Made by a program: the position numbers and the translations under genes. From a phage, in sequence record MZ956763.1: DNA of 64,000 bases. One strand, 5' to 3'. Under the pieces are notes generated by a model that saw nothing but the letters and a program-made list of their open reading frames with translations, had not been told where the DNA came from and made no database searches. Position 1 is the stretch's first letter, and every line of letters starts with the position of its first letter. Below are positions 57,676 to 64,000 of this stretch, piece by piece.

Positions 57676-57751
57676 GGGGTCATAGTTTATATGGTTAAAA
57701 TTCGAGTTTTGCAAACTTGGGAACTGAGTTCAATTCTCAGTGACTCCACCA
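57676..57751 (+). tRNA. tRNA-Ala(TGC)
   Basis: anticodon loop TTTGCAA; T-arm CTGAG-TTCAATT-CTCAG. Confidence 0.6.
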
Positions 57752-57757
57752 ATTAGT

Positions 57758-57832
57758 GCATCCATAGTTTAAACGGGAAAATTACAGTCTTCCAAACTGA
57801 GGTTGAGGGTTCGATTCCCTCTGGATGCTCCA
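57758..57832 (+). tRNA. tRNA-Gly(TCC)
   Basis: perfect acceptor GCATCCA/TGGATGC; anticodon loop CTTCCAA. Confidence 0.6.
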
Positions 57833-57839
57833 AATTAAT

Positions 57840-57915
57840 GCTCCTATCGTATAATAGGCTATTACGGTTGCCTTGTAAGCAACTTATCAGGGTTCGAATC
57901 CTTGTGGGAGCACCA
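57840..57915 (+). tRNA. tRNA-Thr(TGT)
   Basis: anticodon stem GTTGC/GCAAC, loop CTTGTAA. Confidence 0.65.
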
Positions 57916-57916
57916 A

Positions 57917-58006
57917 TTCAGAGGTCAAGTGAAAGACCGCTGGTGTCAACTGAAGACCGTAACAAATTCCACGGAGTTGAGTTAGCGGCACAACTTCAGA
58001 CCTCTT
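57917..58006 (+). ncRNA. stem-loop element E (related to A-D)
   Basis: outer stem AGAGGTC/GACCTCT; contains GAAGACCGTAACAAA resembling the family 5' motif. Confidence 0.3.
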
Positions 58007-58010
58007 TCAC

Positions 58011-58085
58011 ACTCGCTTAGTTTATATGGTAAAACACCACCCTTACAAGATGAAGAAAAAGGTTCAAGTCCTTTAGTGAGTACCA
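58011..58085 (+). tRNA. tRNA-Val(TAC)
   Basis: acceptor ACTCGCT/AGTGAGT, D-stem GTTT/AAAC, T-arm AAAGG-TTCAAGT-CCTTT, anticodon loop CTTACAA on a weak stem. Confidence 0.45.
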
Positions 58086-58086
58086 T

Positions 58087-58164
58087 GTTCCAGTATCCCA
58101 ATTGGCAGAGGATGCAAGCTCAAACCTTGTATTAGTGACGGTTCGAATCCGTCTTGGAACACCA
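58087..58164 (+). tRNA. tRNA-Leu(CAA), short variable loop
   Basis: Leu-like D-loop CAATTGGCAGA; anticodon loop CTCAAAC; A73. Confidence 0.5.
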
Positions 58165-58183
58165 ATTTTAAGAGGCTATTTAG

Positions 58184-58741
58184 ATGAGATATTTGAAGTA
58201 TGCTTCATGGATTTTCCTAGCTTTACTAGAGCCATTTGCAGCAACCCTATCAGTCATCTTAGCACCTTTCGTAGTTCCATTCTACAGTGAGAAGAAAGGA
58301 CACCTACCTTTTGGATTCAGATGGATGGAGACCTATGACAACCCAATTGATGGTGATGAAGGTCACGTTAAAAGATGGGCTAAGATTAGAAAGATTGGTA
58401 AGCTGGGTGTCTACATGCAGAGAGTTGGATGGCTCTGGAGAAACAAAGCTTATAACTTCTCTTACCATGTATTAGGAAGAGATGTAAAAGATGTTACTAA
58501 GTGGAAAGGTAATATCAACGTAAGTTCTGACCCTGAAGATAATCAGACAGGTTATCTCCTAATGTGGAACAACAATGCTTGGGGATTATTCGCTTTTATT
58601 CCGTCAATTAAAATCTTTGGTAAACAGTTTTACTGGAGAATTTATGTTGGATGGAAACTAAAAAGTGTTGTCCCAGAAGAAAGAGCATTCTCAAGGGAAA
58701 GAGTTATGTTGGCATTCTTTATTCATCCACTGAGAAAGTAA
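58184..58741 (+). CDS. hypothetical membrane protein embedded in tRNA cluster
   Basis: 185 aa ORF starting just after a tRNA; N-terminal hydrophobic segment. Confidence 0.5.
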   Translation: MRYLKYASWIFLALLEPFAATLSVILAPFVVPFYSEKKGHLPFGFRWMETYDNPIDGDEGHVKRWAKIRKIGKLGVYMQRVGWLWRNKAYNFSYHVLGRDVKDVTKWKGNINVSSDPEDNQTGYLLMWNNNAWGLFAFIPSIKIFGKQFYWRIYVGWKLKSVVPEERAFSRERVMLAFFIHPLRK

Positions 58742-58749
58742 AGATTTAA

Positions 58750-58825
58750 AGGGGATTAGTTTACAAGGTTAAAACCTCGGTCTTTGAAATCGAAGAAGTT
58801 GGTTCAATTCCAACATCCCCAGCCA
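58750..58825 (+). tRNA. tRNA-Gln(TTG)
   Basis: D-stem GTTT/AAAC; anticodon loop CTTTGAA; T-arm GTTGG-TTCAATT-CCAAC. Confidence 0.55.
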
Positions 58826-58827
58826 AT

Positions 58828-58906
58828 GCTCCATTACTCCAATTGGCAGAGAGGCCAGACTTAAAATCTGTGTTATGTATCGGTTCGAATCCGATATGGA
58901 GTACCA
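58828..58906 (+). tRNA. tRNA-Leu(TAA), short variable loop
   Basis: D-arm CTC-CAATTGGCAGA-GAG; anticodon loop CTTAAAA; A73. Confidence 0.5.
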
Positions 58907-58911
58907 ATTTT

Positions 58912-58987
58912 AGCGGTATAGCATAATTGGCAATGCAACAGTCTCTGAAGCTGTCCTATTAAGGTTCAAATCCTTATACCGCTGCCA
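58912..58987 (+). tRNA. tRNA-Gln(CTG)
   Basis: perfect acceptor AGCGGTA/TACCGCT; anticodon loop CTCTGAA. Confidence 0.6.
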
Positions 58988-59018
58988 CTTCTAAGGGTTC
59001 TTACGAGAGTCCTTAAAT

Positions 59019-59094
59019 GTGGCCTTATCATAAATGGTAATGACCCATGCTGTGAACATGGTCTATACGGGTTCAAATCCCGTAGGTCACCCCA
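59019..59094 (+). tRNA. tRNA-His(GTG)
   Basis: anticodon stem CCATG/CATGG, loop CTGTGAA; C73 discriminator. Confidence 0.65.
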
Positions 59095-59099
59095 ATTTA

Positions 59100-59177
59100 T
59101 AGTCCAAGTAGCTTATATGGTTAAAGCGCGTGTCTGAAAAACATGAGAAGAGGGTTCAAATCCCACTGGACTACCAA
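59100..59177 (+). tRNA. tRNA-Phe(GAA)
   Basis: perfect acceptor TAGTCCA/TGGACTA; anticodon stem CGTGT/ACATG, loop CTGAAAA; 3' end reads CAA. Confidence 0.5.
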
Positions 59178-59192
59178 TTTCAAAGGTGCTTA

Positions 59193-59927
59193 ATGAAAGA
59201 GATGACAGAACAAGGTAAGGAGATTTTTAATCTCTTAAAAACCGGTAAAGGGTTTTCTAACCCACTTATTACTGGTGCAGCAGTTCTCGGTGGAACCGTA
59301 GCTGCCTCTACATCACTTGTAAGCTCTATTAGCTCTGTAACAGACCCTACAATGAATGAGAAACTTGTTGCTGCTGGACTTACAACAGTCCTTCTAAACA
59401 GCTTTACAACAAGCCTGACAAGCACTACAGCAACTACTAAGACCCTAACAGACTATGGTCAAAAGTCTATTGATGAGTTTTCATCACGTATGCAGGTAGC
59501 AAAGGGATACTCCAATGTTATGGGTGCAGCAGGAGAACAAGTTGGTTGTACACCGTTCAGTGGTATTATGGGTGTTGCTACAGAATATGGTCAAAAAGCT
59601 ATTGATACGATTAACAGTACACTAGAGAGTGTTAACGATGTATTAAGTGACTTACAAGACGCTATTGACAAGGGTCTTGATACTGTTTCTGATTTAGCTA
59701 ACCAAGCTGTCAGTAAGATTAATGAAGGTATCTCAAAGATTACAGCTTATGCAGATGAAGTTGTGCAGATGATTGAAGAAGAAGCTGCCCTTATTGCAGA
59801 GTACCTTAAAACGAATATCAATGGGTTCTTAGCAGGTATCTTACCAGACTGGTTTGATGATGCTTGTAAAACTGGTGTGATTGACACTATTGCAACACCA
59901 GAAATGAAGAACGCATTACAGAAATAA
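59193..59927 (+). CDS. hypothetical Ser/Thr-rich protein
   Basis: start set at ATG after tRNA-Phe (MKEMTEQ); track ORF start 59130 would overlap the tRNA. Confidence 0.5.
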   Translation: MKEMTEQGKEIFNLLKTGKGFSNPLITGAAVLGGTVAASTSLVSSISSVTDPTMNEKLVAAGLTTVLLNSFTTSLTSTTATTKTLTDYGQKSIDEFSSRMQVAKGYSNVMGAAGEQVGCTPFSGIMGVATEYGQKAIDTINSTLESVNDVLSDLQDAIDKGLDTVSDLANQAVSKINEGISKITAYADEVVQMIEEEAALIAEYLKTNINGFLAGILPDWFDDACKTGVIDTIATPEMKNALQK

Positions 59928-59928
59928 T

Positions 59929-60021
59929 GGAAGATTAACCCTAAAAGGTAAGGGAGCAGTTTGCTAAACTGCCAGTAGCTGAGAAATCGGTGTACCAGTT
60001 CAAGTCTGGTATCTTCCTCCA
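59929..60021 (+). tRNA. tRNA-Ser(GCT), long variable arm
   Basis: 93 nt; anticodon stem GCAGT/ACTGC, loop TTGCTAA; T-arm ACCAG-TTCAAGT-CTGGT. Confidence 0.6.
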
Positions 60022-60025
60022 ATTT

Positions 60026-60101
60026 GAATCCGTGACAGAAATGGCTATGTGCCTGTCTGCAAAACAGGTTTATAAGGGTTCGAGTCCCTTCGGATTCTCC
60101 A
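60026..60101 (+). tRNA. tRNA-Cys(GCA)
   Basis: anticodon stem CCTGT/ACAGG, loop CTGCAAA; U73 discriminator. Confidence 0.65.
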
Positions 60102-60138
60102 AGTTATTTTACTCTCTCTCAATTAAAATAATAATAAT

Positions 60139-60199
60139 GCCCTGCTATAAGTATTCTTCCTTTCGCTACCGAAGAGTATTTTTAGACAGGGCTTTTTTA
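60139..60199 (+). terminator. long-hairpin intrinsic terminator ending tRNA cluster
   Basis: GCCCTGCTATAAG...TTTTTAGACAGGGC then TTTTTT. Confidence 0.55.
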
Positions 60200-60323
60200 C
60201 AGAGTTATACTTTATAAGAAGACTTATACAGTATGTCTCTGACGTACATTGTGGTTTCTCCTTGACGGTCTCTGTGCCGTCTTTTTTAAGGAGAAACAAA
60301 ATTAATTATTTGGAGAAAACATA

Positions 60324-60524
60324 ATGAGCGAGACCGTTTATAAAGAACTTTATGAAGCTAATAAAAAGCTAGAATTTATGCAGAATACTATCATGGCAAT
60401 TGCAGACAGATTGTCTGTAGCAACAGGTATTGATATTAAAGAAGCATCTATGGATGCACTTCTTGATGCTGTTGATGCAAAGTTCGAAGTTAAGAAAGAA
60501 GAGACTGCGACAGACTCTGAATAA
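60324..60524 (+). CDS. hypothetical protein
   Basis: 66 aa ORF upstream of terminase. Confidence 0.4.
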   Translation: MSETVYKELYEANKKLEFMQNTIMAIADRLSVATGIDIKEASMDALLDAVDAKFEVKKEETATDSE

Positions 60525-60545
60525 TTCTATTTGCGGAGGCGCTTA

Positions 60546-62147
60546 ATGGACTTAAATGCTGTTAAGCAGAAGCGAGTGGAAGATGTTAGGAAAGTCCTAG
60601 CTGGAGAGTTGGGGCTTTCTGATGAAGTAAAAGAAATTATCAAATCATTCGGTAAAGACCCCTCTAAATTCCTTCCAACTCAAATTCTGACTTTATTAAG
60701 ATACACACCAGACCAAGTTCGCCTTATCTTTAAATTGATGACTGATAAGAACTATGTAGCCCCTCAGCCGGGTTCTCAAGAGGTCTTTTTAAACACTAAT
60801 GCTGACTTGGTTCTCTATGGTGGTGCTGCTGGTGCTGGTAAGACTGCTGCATTGTTAATGGACTCTTTAAGATTTATTGAAGACCCTAACTATAATGCTG
60901 TGTATTTCCGTCGAAATACAACACAGCTACAAGGTGGTTTATGGCCTGCTGCAAAGAAACTATTTGGTAAGTTTGGTGGGGTCCCTCACGAGCAGAAAAT
61001 GACTATCACATTCCCTTCTGGGGCAACTATCAAGTTTACCTACCTAGAACTTGAAAAGCACGCTGAAGGTCATCAGGGTATTGAATACTCAGCTATTTAC
61101 TTTGACGAAGGTACACACTTCTCCGCTTCACAGATTTCATACCTACAAACACGTCTACGTTCTGGTGCTGAAGGTGATTCATACATGAAAATTTCCATGA
61201 ACCCAGACAGAGACCACTTTATTTACGATTGGGTAGAACCATTCTTAGATGAAGAAGGTTACCCAGACCCTGAAAAGTGTGGTCGTATTCGTTGGTATGT
61301 AATGAATGATGGTGTGATGGTTTCTGATTGGGAGAGAGACAAGATTCTTGAAATGTTCCCTCTTGAGATTCCTCAAACATATACATTCATCTCTGGTACG
61401 ATTGATGATAACCCAATTCTTGACTTCTTAGAACCAAAGTATCGCGGTAAGTTGGAAAACAACACTCCTGTAAACGTTGCAAGACTTCGTTTCGGTAACT
61501 GGAAGGCTCGTGCAGAAGGTTCAAACTATTGGCAAAGACAATGGTGTGAAATTGTTGATTCACTCCCAGAAGATGTATTCGATGTCAGAGCATGGGACTT
61601 AGCAGCAACTTTACCATCTGAGGTTAACCCTAATCCAGACTGGACAGCGGGTGTTAAGATGGGTAAATCTAAAAAAGACGGTTGCTATTATATCATTGAT
61701 GTAGTAAGATTTAGAGATAGACCCTCTGGAGTCGAAACACAAATTAATTTGACTGCTGAAAGTGACGGTAAGCGAACTGGTATTTTTATCCCTCAAGACC
61801 CAGGCGCTGCTGGTAAATCCTACGCAACATCCCTCATCAGGAAACTTGCCGAGAAAGGCTATCGTGCAAGAGCTAAACCAACAAATAAAGATAAAGTTAC
61901 CCGATTTGCGGGGTTTTCTGCTGCTTCTGAAGCTGGACTTGTAAAAGTTTTGAGAGGTAGTTGGAACGAAGCTTATTTCCAAGAGCTTGAAGGCTTTTGT
62001 GGTGATGGCAAAACTAAAGATGACCAAGTGGATGCTACCAGTGATGCTTTCAACAGTCTTAACGAAGTTAAATTATTCAAGCCACCATCAATGGGTGCTC
62101 ACACAGACTTAGTGAGAGGAAACCCATATGAGGGGCTTAGACGTTGA
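60546..62147 (+). CDS. terminase large subunit
   Basis: Walker A LYGGAAGAGKTAAL near N-terminus; start set at ATG with GGAGG SD; followed by portal-like gene. Confidence 0.7.
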   Translation: MDLNAVKQKRVEDVRKVLAGELGLSDEVKEIIKSFGKDPSKFLPTQILTLLRYTPDQVRLIFKLMTDKNYVAPQPGSQEVFLNTNADLVLYGGAAGAGKTAALLMDSLRFIEDPNYNAVYFRRNTTQLQGGLWPAAKKLFGKFGGVPHEQKMTITFPSGATIKFTYLELEKHAEGHQGIEYSAIYFDEGTHFSASQISYLQTRLRSGAEGDSYMKISMNPDRDHFIYDWVEPFLDEEGYPDPEKCGRIRWYVMNDGVMVSDWERDKILEMFPLEIPQTYTFISGTIDDNPILDFLEPKYRGKLENNTPVNVARLRFGNWKARAEGSNYWQRQWCEIVDSLPEDVFDVRAWDLAATLPSEVNPNPDWTAGVKMGKSKKDGCYYIIDVVRFRDRPSGVETQINLTAESDGKRTGIFIPQDPGAAGKSYATSLIRKLAEKGYRARAKPTNKDKVTRFAGFSAASEAGLVKVLRGSWNEAYFQELEGFCGDGKTKDDQVDATSDAFNSLNEVKLFKPPSMGAHTDLVRGNPYEGLRR

Positions 62148-62154
62148 TAGCTAG

Positions 62155-63630
62155 GTGAGAAGAATGGCAGATATTACAGAAACACAAGAAAGCTTACCAC
62201 CATTTAGAATGGGTGAAGTAGGTTCTTTGGGTCTGAAGGTTAAGAATGGAAGAATCTATGAAGAACCTCGTCAGGCACTAAGGTTCCCTGAAAGTATTAA
62301 AACTTTCCAATTAATGATGCGTGACCCTGCTGTAGCAGCATCTGTAAATATTATTAAGATGTTTGTCAGAAAAGTCAACTGGAGATTCGTACCTCCAAAG
62401 GGAAAAGAGCAAGACCCTAAAATGCTTGAAAGAGCAGACTTCTTTAATTCTTTAATGGATGACATGGAGCATGATTGGGCAGATTTTATTAACTCTGTAA
62501 TGTCATTCTGCACTTATGGGTTCTGTGTTAACGAGAAAGTTTATAAGAAGCGTCAGGGTAAAAAAGGAAAGTACCAGTCAAAATTTGATGATGGTCTAAT
62601 TGGATGGGCTAAATTACCAATCAGAAACCAATCAACACTTGATAAGTGGTATTTTGACGAAGACTTTAGAAAAGTTACTGGTGTTAGACAGAATCTGAGA
62701 AATGTTTCACATATTGCTGGAGCAATTAATCTTGGAGAAAGACCACTAACAAGAAAACTTCCACGAGCTAAATTCATGCTGTTTAAGTATGATGATGAGT
62801 ATGGAAACCCAGAAGGTCGTTCACCATTACTTAATGCCTATGTACCGTGGAAGTATAAAGTTCAGATTGAAGAGTACGAAGCTGTTGGTGTTTCAAGAGA
62901 CTTGGTAGGCATGCCAAAAATTGGTTTACCACCAGATTATCTGGATGAAAATGCAGAACCTGAAAAGAAAGCTTTCGTACAATACTGCAAAACTGTTGTT
63001 AACGATATGATTGCTAATGATAGAGCAGGTTTAATCTGGCCTAGATATATCGACCCAGATACTAAAGAGGATATTTTCGAGTTCTCATTAGTTTCTAGAC
63101 AGGGTGCTAAAGCATATGATACAGGTTCTATCATTGACAGATATTCCAAGCAAATTATGATGGCATTTATGTCAGATGTTCTTGCTATGGGTCAGTCAAA
63201 ATATGGTTCGTTCTCTCTTGCAGATTCTAAGACAAGCCTATTAGCAATGTCAGTAGATATTCTGCTGAAGCAAATTAAGAACGTAATTAACCGTGATTTA
63301 GTTGCACAGACTTACGCTCTTAATATGTGGGATGATGAAGAACATGTACAAATCACATATGATGATATCGAAACTCCAGACCTTGAAGCAATTGGTTCTT
63401 ATATTCAGAAGACTGTTGCAGTAGGTGCTTTGGAAGTTGACAAAGAGCTATCTAACAAACTTAGAGAGCATATTGGTCTTCCTCCTGCTGATGAGTCTCA
63501 GCCAGTATCTGAAAAGCTTTCTCCAAATAGCCAAAGCCGTTCAGGAGATGGTTATAAGACCGCTGGGGAAGGTACTGCAAAGACACCTTCAGCGAAAGAC
63601 CCAAGCACAGCAAATAAGGCAAATAAATAA
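62155..63630 (+). CDS. putative portal protein
   Basis: 491 aa, directly downstream of terminase large subunit; call by position and size. Confidence 0.5.
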   Translation: MRRMADITETQESLPPFRMGEVGSLGLKVKNGRIYEEPRQALRFPESIKTFQLMMRDPAVAASVNIIKMFVRKVNWRFVPPKGKEQDPKMLERADFFNSLMDDMEHDWADFINSVMSFCTYGFCVNEKVYKKRQGKKGKYQSKFDDGLIGWAKLPIRNQSTLDKWYFDEDFRKVTGVRQNLRNVSHIAGAINLGERPLTRKLPRAKFMLFKYDDEYGNPEGRSPLLNAYVPWKYKVQIEEYEAVGVSRDLVGMPKIGLPPDYLDENAEPEKKAFVQYCKTVVNDMIANDRAGLIWPRYIDPDTKEDIFEFSLVSRQGAKAYDTGSIIDRYSKQIMMAFMSDVLAMGQSKYGSFSLADSKTSLLAMSVDILLKQIKNVINRDLVAQTYALNMWDDEEHVQITYDDIETPDLEAIGSYIQKTVAVGALEVDKELSNKLREHIGLPPADESQPVSEKLSPNSQSRSGDGYKTAGEGTAKTPSAKDPSTANKANK

Positions 63631-64000
63631 TGGCTGAAGTTATCTCTATTTCAAATGCTACACGAGTGCATTCGTATAGGGGTGTCCTTATCATTACTGA
63701 CAAGTTATCTGTAGAGGCTGGCTCAAGGGTCAGCCTTTCAGGTTATGTTAGTGATGGTGGAATCTCTGACGTTTTCACTATTTGCAGGTTACTTGATGCA
63801 CCAATGAGTGGAAAACCGTTTATTTCAGGAAATTGTAGTGAAATTGTTAAAATTCCATTTGACAGTTCATGCCTTTTGGGTGTAAAGTTATATAACTGCG
63901 AGAATAAACGTATCAATGTTAATAGCATTGAAGCCGCTTTCATTACCCTCGATACTGCATTTCAATCTCCAATGACAGTTAATAAAGAAACAAACAGACT
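63630..64000 (+). CDS. hypothetical head-morphogenesis protein, 3' end outside window
   Basis: ATG overlapping portal stop; open frame to end of window. Confidence 0.4.
   Translation, partial: MAEVISISNATRVHSYRGVLIITDKLSVEAGSRVSLSGYVSDGGISDVFTICRLLDAPMSGKPFISGNCSEIVKIPFDSSCLLGVKLYNCENKRINVNSIEAAFITLDTAFQSPMTVNKETNR

Noticed and set aside
55167-60217. Track ORFs overlapping the tRNA cluster (55167..55418 -, 55989..56219 -, 57838..58020 +, 58102..58290 +, 58287..58475 +, 59180..59425 -, 59747..60022 -, 59990..60217 +)
   Set aside because: They coincide with tRNA or structured-RNA sequences, have no SD, or are antisense to or nested within the better-supported 58184..58741 and 59193..59927 genes
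670-62027. Antisense or nested ORFs inside long genes (for example 670..930, 4713..5135, 5348..5636, 9415..9624, 28252..28779, 32379..33435 minus-strand set, 61611..62027)
   Set aside because: Embedded in or antisense to well-supported CDSs with recognisable motifs; low-complexity or Cys/Leu-rich translations typical of spurious frames

Overview
This window reads as a contiguous slice of a large virulent tailed-phage genome (AT-rich, about 38% GC by eye, dense short genes, sigma70-like TTGACA promoters, many hairpin+T-run terminators). The gene content resembles Felixounavirus-like phages, though that is an impression from content, not a database result. Everything below is from manual reading of the sequence and ORF track; no searches or folding programs were run, so tRNA ends and anticodons are hand-folded and approximate. 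Content in order: (1) a minus-strand replication block (ATP-dependent ligase, HNH-AP2 homing endonuclease, family A DNA polymerase); (2) a plus-strand replication and nucleotide-metabolism block (dNMP kinase, T7 gp4-like primase-helicase, SSB-like protein, FEN-like exonuclease, GIY-YIG nuclease, NrdA/NrdB, glutaredoxin-like protein, NrdD/NrdG); (3) four tandem paralogous genes of unknown function; (4) a PRPP-synthetase-like plus NAMPT-like pair that matches the published NARP1 NAD+ reconstitution architecture; (5) rIIA/rIIB-like genes, a lytic transglycosylase, an overlapping spanin-like pair and a macro-domain protein; (6) an array of about a dozen unrelated small genes that share near-identical leaders and ribosome-binding regions; (7) a 1.6 kb ORF-free region packed with degenerate short motifs; (8) a minus-strand block with a T4-type lysozyme and an Ig-like repeat protein; (9) a vWA-domain protein followed by a cluster of about 26 tRNA or tRNA-like genes interspersed with five related stem-loop elements, one of which looks like a Y-RNA (YrlA-type) tRNA mimic; (10) terminase large subunit and a putative portal. 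The most interesting candidates are the possible Ro60-like/Y-RNA module, the standardised small-gene array, the repeat-dense non-coding region and the four-gene paralog cassette.
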